64,000 nucleotides of DNA. It comes from Pseudomonadota bacterium. GTDB taxonomy: Bacteria; Pseudomonadota; Alphaproteobacteria; Paracaedibacterales; CAIOTO01. The notes under the pieces were generated by a model. That model saw nothing but the letters and a program-made list of their open reading frames with translations, did not search any database and had not been told where the DNA came from. Made by a program: the position numbers and the translations under genes. Positions 1-8,637 of the stretch are shown here, piece by piece (positions within the stretch are counted from its first letter, which is position 1; every line of letters begins with the position of its first letter). The DNA lies in assembly GCA_040387495.1 (NCBI GenBank), contig JAZKDQ010000001.1, forward strand, positions 62,001 through 126,000. The letters run 5' to 3'.

Positions 1-466
1 GCATGATATACGCATTCCAGGTGTAGCTATCTTCCTGAGTCGCATGCCGGGCACGATTCCAAAATCACTTTCTGTGCACTTACAACATAATAAACTGCTG
101 CATGAAAAGGTTTTTCTAATTTCAATTTTAACAAAAAACGTACCGCATATTGCTATTGCAAAACGTTTTGTTGTGAGTGAGCTGTTTCCTAATGTTTTTC
201 AAATTACCGCAAATTTTGGTTTCAAAGAAGTTCCTGACATACACAAAATTATGCGATGGGTAAACGAGCAAGGTTTGGTGGAGCATGATGCTGAAATATG
301 CTATTTCATGAGCCGTAGTATTCTCATTTTTGGAAAGCATTCAGCGTTAAAAGCGTTGCAGGCGCACCTCTTTCGTTTGCTTTGTAACACGTCACAAAAT
401 GCAACCGAGTTTTATCGTATACCTCATTCGAAAGTGATTGAGTTGGGATTGCATTATAAGATTTAA
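1..466 (+). CDS. kup: KUP/HAK/KT potassium transporter, C-terminal part (5' truncated by window)
   Basis: RIPGVAIFL..P..L..HLQHNKLLHE...FGFKEVPDI...YFMSR...EFYRIP..KVIELG is the typical Kup C-terminal domain. Confidence 0.9.
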   Translation, partial: HDIRIPGVAIFLSRMPGTIPKSLSVHLQHNKLLHEKVFLISILTKNVPHIAIAKRFVVSELFPNVFQITANFGFKEVPDIHKIMRWVNEQGLVEHDAEICYFMSRSILIFGKHSALKALQAHLFRLLCNTSQNATEFYRIPHSKVIELGLHYKI

Positions 467-484
467 AGGTTGTTAACAAGCTTA

Positions 485-530
485 AATTCTTTCTTGCCAT
501 TCCAGCGTAGACGGGAATGACAAGGGAATT
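485..530. terminator. Palindromic hairpin between convergent kup and yejA-like genes; probable bidirectional terminator, RPE-like
   Basis: cttgccattcc-agcgtagacg-ggaatgacaag inverted repeat extended by aattc/gaatt. Confidence 0.6.
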
Positions 531-534
531 GGAA

Positions 535-2433
535 TTACTTAAATAACCCATTGATCCACGCAAGGAATGTTGTGCAAGCACCATGGCTTTTTGTTTTAGA
601 TGTATTTTGTATAGCTGTGCCCATGGAATTTTGAATCACTTTGTCTTTTTCAGGATCAATCCACCAAGCGGATGTGTAGGGCTGGGGGTAATATGTCGGA
701 TGTAACCCAGGCTTTCCAAAACGATCCCAATGCGCACTTGTAATCTCACCTCTGTAGTAATGCGGAATCATAATGTATGAACTCATCAATACACGGTCTA
801 ATGCTCTCACAGCTGTTATCAGTGTTTCATAGTTAGGTGCGTCGGCAATTTTTTCACATAAATCATCAACCGCTGGATTTTTAAGTCCTGTATAATTTTG
901 TCCCCCTTTAAGATCAGCTGCCTTCGTTCCCCAGAACGTACGTTGTTCGTTTCCAGGGGTAATTGATTGAGGAAGACCCATTACAATCATATCGTAATCA
1001 TACCCATCCATACGTTCCATATAGCTACCTGTATCAAGGGTACGTACGTTCATTTCAATACCAATGTCTGCCAGACAACGTTTGAAATGAAGTGCAACTT
1101 TTTCCATAGCTGGGTCCGCTCCTAAGAATTCAAACATAAATGGTTTTTTTGTAGTTGCATTGATAAGCTTACCATTAATCAAATGCCAACCCGCTTCTGC
1201 CAATAATGCGAGTGATTGCTTGCGAATATTACGGGTCTCCGTGGCGTCATTATGCATTGGTAATATGATAGGAGTTGTGAAAATTTCTGCACGTAGCTTC
1301 TCTTTGAACGGTGTTAATAAGGCAAGTTCATTATCTGTTGGTACACCTTTTTGAGTAAATGGTGAGTTAGGGAAGAAGCTTTCGCTACGTTTGTATTGGT
1401 TGTAAAATAAATTTTTATTGAGCCATGTAAAATCAAATAAATCAGAAATTGCTTTTCGAACACGCCAATCAGAAAAAATGGGCTTGCGAAGGTTAAATGC
1501 AAAACCTTGGGTGGCTTCTGGGTTTTTGTGAATGGTTACTTCTTTTTTCACAAGACCATTTTTCACCGCATCAAAACTATATCCTGTTACCCATTGTTTT
1601 GATATATTTTCATAACGCAAATCAGCTTTTCCTGCTTTAAATGCTTCGAACATAGCGGTAGAGTCACGGTAATAATCTATAATGATTCGATCAAAATTGT
1701 TTTGTCCTTTTTGTGAAGGAAGTTCTTCTCCCCACCAGTTTTTGATTCGTTCAAATATGATGCGTCGACCGAATTCAGTTTTTGCAACACGATAAGGTCC
1801 ACTCGATGGTGCCGGTGTGACAAGTGTTTTTGAAAAATCATGTACAGAAAAGAATTTTTTGGATAAAACGGCTAATTGTCCTAATATTGAAGGAAGCTCT
1901 AAACTTTTTGTGTTGGATAAATGAAATTTAACAGCATGACTTGATATTTTTTCAACATGACTGACATCTTTGTAATAGCTGCGGTACATAGGGTGGCCTT
2001 TGTCACGAAGTATTTCAAATGAGAAAATGATATCGTCTGTTGTTATTTTTTCGCCGTTATCAAATTGTGCTTTTGGGTTGAGATTAAAAATTATAAATGA
2101 GCGATCGGGAGCTATTTCAATGGATGACGCTACGTAGCCATAGCTCGATGCAATTTCATCGTAAGCAGGTGCCAGAAGTGTGGCAAATGTCATTCCAACA
2201 TATCCGCATGGTGTGCCGATAATAATAAATGGATTTAAGCTATCAAAAGTGCCAAGGCCAACGGTTGTAAAATCAGCACCTTTTGGCGCATTAGGATTTA
2301 CATAGTCAAAGTGTGTGAAGTCAGCAGCGTATTTTAGTGTACCAAATGTTGATACGCCATGTTGGGGAGCTGCATTTGTTGGTGACATGCCTACGCTGAG
2401 AGCTATTGTTAAAAATGTAAGAAGTGATTTCAT
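535..2433 (-). CDS. yejA: ABC transporter family 5 extracellular solute-binding protein (YejA/microcin C type)
   Basis: LKY..DF.HFDYVNPNAPKG, GTFDSLNPFI, FNLRKPIFSDWRVRKA, PGNEQR.FWG motifs; signal peptide from ATG 2433. Confidence 0.85.
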   Translation of the reverse strand: MKSLLTFLTIALSVGMSPTNAAPQHGVSTFGTLKYAADFTHFDYVNPNAPKGADFTTVGLGTFDSLNPFIIIGTPCGYVGMTFATLLAPAYDEIASSYGYVASSIEIAPDRSFIIFNLNPKAQFDNGEKITTDDIIFSFEILRDKGHPMYRSYYKDVSHVEKISSHAVKFHLSNTKSLELPSILGQLAVLSKKFFSVHDFSKTLVTPAPSSGPYRVAKTEFGRRIIFERIKNWWGEELPSQKGQNNFDRIIIDYYRDSTAMFEAFKAGKADLRYENISKQWVTGYSFDAVKNGLVKKEVTIHKNPEATQGFAFNLRKPIFSDWRVRKAISDLFDFTWLNKNLFYNQYKRSESFFPNSPFTQKGVPTDNELALLTPFKEKLRAEIFTTPIILPMHNDATETRNIRKQSLALLAEAGWHLINGKLINATTKKPFMFEFLGADPAMEKVALHFKRCLADIGIEMNVRTLDTGSYMERMDGYDYDMIVMGLPQSITPGNEQRTFWGTKAADLKGGQNYTGLKNPAVDDLCEKIADAPNYETLITAVRALDRVLMSSYIMIPHYYRGEITSAHWDRFGKPGLHPTYYPQPYTSAWWIDPEKDKVIQNSMGTAIQNTSKTKSHGACTTFLAWINGLFK

Positions 2434-2480
2434 AGTTTGTTTCCTTGGTTGTGTCAATATTACTAGTCATGACTCATCCG

Positions 2481-2568
2481 TCGTCATTGTGAGAAAGCTA
2501 TAACTTTCGTGGCAATCCATGAATAGGAACAGCCTAGATGGCCACGCCCTTTGGTCTCGCCATGACGA
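2481..2568. repeat. Intergenic palindromic repeat element (RPE-like)
   Basis: Nested inverted repeats: tcgtcattgtgaga/tctcgccatgacga (12/14) and cgtggcaatcca/tagatggccacg (10/12). Confidence 0.7.
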
Positions 2569-2592
2569 TAGAGATTAGTAAGGTTATTCGCT

Positions 2593-4152
2593 TTACGGCT
2601 GAATTATTTTCATTTCCCATATGTGCTTTGCATTGTCGAATGTGTAGAGTTCGGGCAAACCATCTGTCGTGCAATAAGGAACATAGCGAACTTGGTCATT
2701 TTGTAAGAAATAAGGTTCATTATTATAGCCAAATTCGGTGCCAAAATTGCGAATCTGAATATAAAAATCTTTCTTCTTGATTAATTTGGGTAAAAGTTTG
2801 ACGAGATCATCGAGTGTTTGGATGGGGGTGCCATCAACATTTGTAATAGCAACAAGGCTTGATGTTCCCCCGCCGCTACTGCGTTGAATAGCCGGGATTT
2901 GGTCATAAAAACCACCACCCGGTTTGCGATTGGTTACAAAAACACCACGTGGTGCATTTGTTCGACGAACAATTGAGTCATCAACTTCGTAAAAAACAGC
3001 TTTTCCAAAATGAAGCATGCGTTTTAGTGTATGTGTATTTAAATCATAGAGGCCAACATCAATTTTTTTAGATTTCCCATGACGAATAATTTCAAATGTA
3101 ATCTTTTTGGCACCTTTAGCGCCTTCTTCATTCGTAATTTTATCTAAATCATAAAGAGAAGGGCTAACATCCTTTTCATTAACTTTAAGCAGAGTATCAC
3201 CTGCCATTAGGTGTTCTTCTGCAGGAGATCCTTTAATGGTTGTGCGTACTGTTAGGGCACGGCTAAATGCTAATGGAAATTTTAGTTTTATAGCCTCTGC
3301 TTTATCACTTGGAAAACTATCGTAACGAACTAAATCCCCTAATGTTGTAAAGCCAAAGATTGCTCCTGTTCCATAGCGCGGCGGATTCTTATTTTTTGAA
3401 ATATATTCAAGTGCATCTAGTGCATAATCAATGGGGATAGCAAAAGCGCTGGTCAAACCGTTGGAAGCATATAAAAATCCAATAACTTTTCCTTCCGTAT
3501 TAAAGACTGGCGACCCGCTTGCTCCACCTTGTGCATTTAAGCTAATTCGAAAAACTTGGCTTGGTAATACATCAGACGTCTCGAAAGCACTTGCTACAGT
3601 GCCGGTTTGGGATGAAAAATGGTTGTTTTCATTCTTTCCAATGATTAATACGGGTTCTCCTAAATGCACAGAATTTCGTTTTGTGGGCATTGAGTTAGGG
3701 ATGTTTTTTAGTTTTTTTGGATCTGTTTTTAAAATAGCAAAATCATGCCATGGATCTACATAAAACAATTGTGCCTGGATAACTGTGCCATCGTGCAGTG
3801 TCACATCATAATGATCAACGACACCATCAGGTTTTGCCACATGTGCGTTAGTTAATATATACCCTTGATCTTTGTCGAGAATGGCGCCGGTGCCGTAGGT
3901 GGTGCCTTCTTCTGAATACCCTGCAAGAGTTGTGCGAATTTCGATGCTCACGATGTATGGTTGGGAGCTAATGTAGAGATTTTCGGCTGAGTTGGGTGTA
4001 TTTGCTGATGGTATTTTTGAGTCAATAGCTGTTGTGCCCTCTGTTTTACCTACGTATGTTGTTGGCGTTAATGAAAGGTTGGCTAAAGCTATTTCTGTAT
4101 ATGCAATAAGGATTGTGAAAAGAATCTTATTTGCTAAGTTGTGAAAGCGCAT
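2593..4152 (-). CDS. Secreted trypsin-like (S1C/HtrA) serine protease with PDZ domains, Nma111/Deg7-like
   Basis: Triad motifs ILTNAHV, DPWHDFAILK, GGASGSPV; PDZ GSPAEEHLMAGDTLLKVN; signal-like N-terminus from ATG 4152. Confidence 0.85.
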   Translation of the reverse strand: MRFHNLANKILFTILIAYTEIALANLSLTPTTYVGKTEGTTAIDSKIPSANTPNSAENLYISSQPYIVSIEIRTTLAGYSEEGTTYGTGAILDKDQGYILTNAHVAKPDGVVDHYDVTLHDGTVIQAQLFYVDPWHDFAILKTDPKKLKNIPNSMPTKRNSVHLGEPVLIIGKNENNHFSSQTGTVASAFETSDVLPSQVFRISLNAQGGASGSPVFNTEGKVIGFLYASNGLTSAFAIPIDYALDALEYISKNKNPPRYGTGAIFGFTTLGDLVRYDSFPSDKAEAIKLKFPLAFSRALTVRTTIKGSPAEEHLMAGDTLLKVNEKDVSPSLYDLDKITNEEGAKGAKKITFEIIRHGKSKKIDVGLYDLNTHTLKRMLHFGKAVFYEVDDSIVRRTNAPRGVFVTNRKPGGGFYDQIPAIQRSSGGGTSSLVAITNVDGTPIQTLDDLVKLLPKLIKKKDFYIQIRNFGTEFGYNNEPYFLQNDQVRYVPYCTTDGLPELYTFDNAKHIWEMKIIQP

Positions 4153-4227
4153 TATATAAAAAAACCTGAAACTTGATTTGAGTTTCAGGATACGGAAAAA
4201 AAACAAAAAATAAAAGAGTTAAAAGGC

Positions 4228-4398
4228 TTACTTTATTTTTGCTTCACGAAACACTACATGCTTACGCACAACAGGATCGTACTTACGAAATTCTAACTTT
4301 TCAGGCTTCTTACGTGGATTTTTACGTGCTACGTAAAAAAAGCCAGTATCTGCACTGCTTAATAATTTAATTGTGATAGTTGCTGATTTCTTAGCCAT
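4228..4398 (-). CDS. rpmG: 50S ribosomal protein L33 (Cys-free type); not in ORF track
   Basis: Manual translation [56 protein letters not shown]. Confidence 0.97.
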   Translation of the reverse strand: MAKKSATITIKLLSSADTGFFYVARKNPRKKPEKLEFRKYDPVVRKHVVFREAKIK

Positions 4399-4465
4399 GA
4401 TGCTTCTCTAGTTACTAAATTCTCTCGAATTGTACGTGAAAAAATAAAAAATTTCAATCAAAAAA

Positions 4466-4540
4466 TGGAGCGGGCAAAGGGATTCGAACCCTCGACCCCA
4501 ACCTTGGCAAGGTTGTGCTCTACCACTGAGCTATGCCCGC
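4466..4540 (-). tRNA. tRNA-Gly(GCC)
   Basis: GCGGGCATAGCTCAGTGGTAGAGCACAACCTTGCCAAGGTTGGGGTCGAGGGTTCGAATCCCTTTGCCCGCTCCA; cloverleaf, anticodon GCC, encoded CCA. Confidence 0.98.
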
Positions 4541-4556
4541 GCTCCTAATGTTTTGT

Positions 4557-4584
4557 ATCATACCGTGCTGACGTTTTTTTGCAA
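4557..4584 (-). promoter_or_regulatory. Putative sigma70 promoter for tRNA-Gly
   Basis: TTGCAA-16 nt-TATGAT just upstream of the tRNA. Confidence 0.5.
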
Positions 4585-4664
4585 GTACTTTTTGAAAAAA
4601 GTGTGAATTTTTATATTAGAGCTGTTAAAAAGAAGATGTTTGATTGTGTACGACAAGCAATTTT

Positions 4665-5975
4665 CTAGAATGTGGCAGCTGCTTCTTGTTGCGATCGTTT
4701 GACCCAATCACACATGATCATACCTGCAAATAACCAGAAGTATCGTTGGTAAAAGAGTTCATTGGCAAGGGACGCAATGGCAAATGACAGCATAGGAAAA
4801 ATAAGTGCTTTTATGTAAACGTCTTGAGATGTACGCAGCGCAGTTGTGAGTTTATACACGAACCATGTGAATGCTGCAAAGCCGATAATTCCCATTTCGA
4901 TCAAGAACCATAGCGCAGTGTTATGTATGGCGTATTGCTCTTGTCCATGATGCAGTGTCATTGCACCGCCAAGGCCTATGCCTGCGATGGGGTGTTCGAA
5001 AAAGGCAGGCATTATGGTCATTAACGGTTGAATTCGCTCATTAATGCTATTTATAAAATAATCAGAGAATGAACAGTGAATACTTCCAAAGTAATTGTAT
5101 AGTATTAGAGATGAATGACAAAGAAAATTGAAATTTACCACATTAAAAATCAAAAAAGCATAAAAACAGAAAATAAATGAGATTAAACAAAAATATTTTT
5201 GTGTCTTATTATTCTTTAACGCATATAGCATACAAGGTATTAGAAATGCTCCCCATGCACTGCGAGATGAGCTAGCCAGTAAATTAAGCATCAAAAGCAC
5301 GAATCCAAGTCTTTTAATAAATTGATTATATTGTAATGTAGAGTTTAACGAGATTTGTAAGAGCAAGGCAAATGCAAAGAAAAATCCATAAGCATTAGGG
5401 TTTCCCATGAATCCTTGAAATCGTGCAGCGGCCTTGTATATAAAAATAGATTCTAGTTCAGGAAAGAAATTATATAGAATTAAGCAAAATGCGCCCATAA
5501 ACCATGAGGTGATAATAAATATTTTTGTGACATCATGACGTTTTTCATAAAGCAAAATCCCTGTAAAAAAATAGCCAATGCAAATACAGTATCCAATGAT
5601 TTTTTTAATACACCAAAAATTAATGTTTCCAAAGTTTAGCCAATGCTTTAATGCACCAAAAAGGAAAATACCTGTGAAAATTGATGAAATTATGCAAATG
5701 TCAAAAGAGTTGCTAATTTTTTGAAATAAAGATTTTTTTACTATGAAAAAAAGTATAATAGGTATTAAAAAATCAGAGGCTTGAATTCGAATGCCTACTC
5801 CAAAAGCAGTTGGATTAAAAGAGATTAGTAAACCAGACATCAATGCAAAAATTATCATTGTGATGCTTTTTGTAAGTGGTCGGAGTAGGAAAGTATTTGT
5901 TTTTGAAAATTTAAAATCTGCATCAAATATATAATTTGATTGGGATGAAATTGAGTGATTGTTATTTATATTCAT
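4665..5975 (-). CDS. O-antigen ligase/polymerase family (Wzy_C) membrane protein, paralogue 1
   Basis: Multi-TM; RFQGFMGNPNAYG, SSSRSAW, HP..GIGLGG...IHNT.LWFLIEMGIIG. Confidence 0.85.
   Translation of the reverse strand: MNINNNHSISSQSNYIFDADFKFSKTNTFLLRPLTKSITMIIFALMSGLLISFNPTAFGVGIRIQASDFLIPIILFFIVKKSLFQKISNSFDICIISSIFTGIFLFGALKHWLNFGNINFWCIKKIIGYCICIGYFFTGILLYEKRHDVTKIFIITSWFMGAFCLILYNFFPELESIFIYKAAARFQGFMGNPNAYGFFFAFALLLQISLNSTLQYNQFIKRLGFVLLMLNLLASSSRSAWGAFLIPCMLYALKNNKTQKYFCLISFIFCFYAFLIFNVVNFNFLCHSSLILYNYFGSIHCSFSDYFINSINERIQPLMTIMPAFFEHPIAGIGLGGAMTLHHGQEQYAIHNTALWFLIEMGIIGFAAFTWFVYKLTTALRTSQDVYIKALIFPMLSFAIASLANELFYQRYFWLFAGMIMCDWVKRSQQEAAATF
4744..4998. repeat. Near-identical direct repeat copy A (partner 6124-6378)
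   Basis: 255 bp with 5 mismatches at offset 1380; first 155 bp identical. Confidence 0.95.
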
Positions 5976-6047
5976 TTTTTCTCTAAAATAAATATTGATA
6001 ATAGGGAGATATTAAATTTATCTGGAATTATAAGTTAAATTAATTCT

Positions 6048-7370
6048 TCATGCAACTATTTCTATTTTTTGTGATCGCTTAATGTAGTCGCACATGATCA
6101 TGCCTGCGAATACCCAAAAGTAGCGTTGGTAAAAGAGTTCATTGGCAAGGGACGCAATGGCAAATGACAGCATAGGAAAAATAAGTGCTTTTATGTAAAC
6201 GTCTTGAGATGTACGCAGCGCAGTTGTGAGTTTATACACGAACCATGTGAATGCTGCAAAGCCGATAATTCCCATTTCAATCAAGAACCATAGCGCAGTG
6301 TTATGTATGGTGTACTGCTCTTGTCCATGATGCAGTGTCATCGCACCGCCAAGGCCTATGCCTGTGATGGGGTGTTCGGAAAAAGCAGGAAGAAGTATAA
6401 GTACGGAGTATATACGTTCATGAATTGTGTGAAGAAAAATATTTTCAAAAGAATAATTGAGATAATTGAAATAAGAATATATCAATGGAAAATAATTCTC
6501 AAGAATTGTGTTTTTTTTAAACAGAATGCTCATGATTATAAAAATAAGTGTGCTTGTTAATTTTATAGTAAAAAGTTTCTTTCTTTTATTATTTTTCAAG
6601 GCGTAAAAAAAATAAACAGCAATGAAACTTATCCATGCTGCTCTTGATGTTGTGCTAACTAAATTTATAAGTAATATTGCTATGCTTGTATTTTTAATTA
6701 CCTTTTTATAAGGTAAAGTGTGATTCGATGAAATTTGTAGCAATAAGGCAAAACAACATAAAATACCATAAGCATTTGGATTTCCCATGAATCCTTGAAT
6801 ACGAGTGGCCAGGCCAGGCGCAAGAATATATCGTGTGCATGGTAATGAAGCTCCAATTAAACAAAGTAGACCCATAAACCATGATACAACTATAAATAAT
6901 TGAATAACATTTTGCCGTTTTTCATACAGTGAAAATCCTATAAGAAAATAGAAAACACAAATGCACCAACCTATTATTTTCTTGATTCCCCAAAAATTAG
7001 TACTGCCAAAGTTTAACCAGTGACCTGTTATTCCTATAAAAAAAAGGCTTGCAAAAATGAAAAGTATTGCTTTTATCTCCAATGATTTAAAAGCTTCCTT
7101 AAGAGGATTCTGGTTGGACGTTATTTGGTTTAACAATATAATAAAGAAGACTGGCAATAAAAAATCTGAGGCTTGAATGCGAATATTAAATCCAAAAGCA
7201 TTTAAATTAAAAGAAATAAAAATGCTTGCTATGAATAGAATGGTGATTGGTTTGATGCATGCCCAAATTTGGTGCTGTAGTTTTCTTTTGTCAAATTTTG
7301 AGGGATTATAAAGCCCTTTTTCTGTGGTACTTGCGTGAATTATTAGTGATTTATCTTTAACTTCAATCAT
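6048..7370 (-). CDS. O-antigen ligase/polymerase family membrane protein, paralogue 2
   Basis: RIQGFMGNPNAYG, STTSRAAW, GIGLGG...IHNT. Confidence 0.85.
   Translation of the reverse strand: MIEVKDKSLIIHASTTEKGLYNPSKFDKRKLQHQIWACIKPITILFIASIFISFNLNAFGFNIRIQASDFLLPVFFIILLNQITSNQNPLKEAFKSLEIKAILFIFASLFFIGITGHWLNFGSTNFWGIKKIIGWCICVFYFLIGFSLYEKRQNVIQLFIVVSWFMGLLCLIGASLPCTRYILAPGLATRIQGFMGNPNAYGILCCFALLLQISSNHTLPYKKVIKNTSIAILLINLVSTTSRAAWISFIAVYFFYALKNNKRKKLFTIKLTSTLIFIIMSILFKKNTILENYFPLIYSYFNYLNYSFENIFLHTIHERIYSVLILLPAFSEHPITGIGLGGAMTLHHGQEQYTIHNTALWFLIEMGIIGFAAFTWFVYKLTTALRTSQDVYIKALIFPMLSFAIASLANELFYQRYFWVFAGMIMCDYIKRSQKIEIVA
6124..6378. repeat. Near-identical direct repeat copy B (partner 4744-4998)
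   Basis: Direct base-by-base comparison with copy A. Confidence 0.95.
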
Positions 7371-7443
7371 ATTTTGATGTTTCTAACGACCAATTTTAAA
7401 TCACTTATAATATTACGCATAATACAGAAAAGGAATGTATTAT

Positions 7444-8637
7444 TCAATTTTTTTCTTGTTGTGATTGTTTGATCCACTCACACATGATCATGCCTGCGAA
7501 TAACCAAAAATATCGTTGATAAAAGAGTTCATTGGCAAGAGATGCAATTGCAAATGAGATCATAGGGAAAGTAAGTGCTTTTATTGTGGTGTCTTGCGAT
7601 GTGCGAAGCGCAGTTGCGAGTTTGTATGCAAACCATGTAACGGCTGCAAAACCAATAATTCCCATTTCGATAAGAAACCATAGTGTTGTGCTATGTATGG
7701 TATGTTGCTCTTGGCCGTGATGGAGGGTCATCGCACCACCAAGCCCTATGCCTATGATAAAATGTTCGAAAAAAGTTGGGATAAGCGCGTGGAGAGTTTT
7801 TATGCGTTCTTCCATGCTGTAAATCAAACAATTAGCCATTGCAATTTTGAGATAGGCAAAATAATGGTAAAATTTATAAAAATGAGTTTCGATGAATTTT
7901 GTTTGCACAACAAGAAGCATGGTTGAGAAAAAAACTGTAGAGAATATAGTTGCTGCTATTAAAAATTGTTTAACTATGCCTGTTCTTATTGCATATATGA
8001 GGTAAGTAATGAAAAATGCTCCCCAGGCTGTTCTAGATGAGCTTCCTAATAAATTAAGTGCTAATAGAAGCATTCCAGCCTGTTTTATATTCTTTTTATA
8101 TGGAAGAGACTTGTTTAATGTAATTTGTAGTGAAAGGGCTACTGTATAAAAAATGCCATAAGCATTTGGATTACCCATTAAACCTTGAAGGCGTGTCACA
8201 GCATTGTTATACGAGAAATAGGGACGTGTTCCATCAAATAAGCATCCCAATATACAAAGAGCCCCCATAATCCATGATGCTATAATAAACATCTGAAGGC
8301 AGTATTGTCTTTTCTCATAAAGTGAAATCCCTACTAAGAAATAGCCAATGCAGATGCACCATCCAACGATTTTTTTTATACTCCAAAAATTGACTTCCCC
8401 ATAATGGAGCCAATGGGAGGCTGCGCCTATAAGTAAAACACTTGTAAAAATGACAATGATTATCCAGACATCTAGCGATTTTAGTGTGTCCCTAAAGGAC
8501 GTTTGTTTGAGAGCCATAATGCTCATGATTGGTACAATAAAGTCAGAAGCGTGTATTCGAATGCCGAACCCCAAAAAAAATAAATTAAAGGTGATGAGCA
8601 AACCAAGCATGCAGAGAAGAATTGTTATATTACTCAT
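7444..8637 (-). CDS. O-antigen ligase/polymerase family membrane protein, paralogue 3
   Basis: RLQGLMGNPNAYG, GSSSRTAW, GIGLGG...IHST; ATG 8637 overlaps the flippase stop. Confidence 0.85.
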   Translation of the reverse strand: MSNITILLCMLGLLITFNLFFLGFGIRIHASDFIVPIMSIMALKQTSFRDTLKSLDVWIIIVIFTSVLLIGAASHWLHYGEVNFWSIKKIVGWCICIGYFLVGISLYEKRQYCLQMFIIASWIMGALCILGCLFDGTRPYFSYNNAVTRLQGLMGNPNAYGIFYTVALSLQITLNKSLPYKKNIKQAGMLLLALNLLGSSSRTAWGAFFITYLIYAIRTGIVKQFLIAATIFSTVFFSTMLLVVQTKFIETHFYKFYHYFAYLKIAMANCLIYSMEERIKTLHALIPTFFEHFIIGIGLGGAMTLHHGQEQHTIHSTTLWFLIEMGIIGFAAVTWFAYKLATALRTSQDTTIKALTFPMISFAIASLANELFYQRYFWLFAGMIMCEWIKQSQQEKN

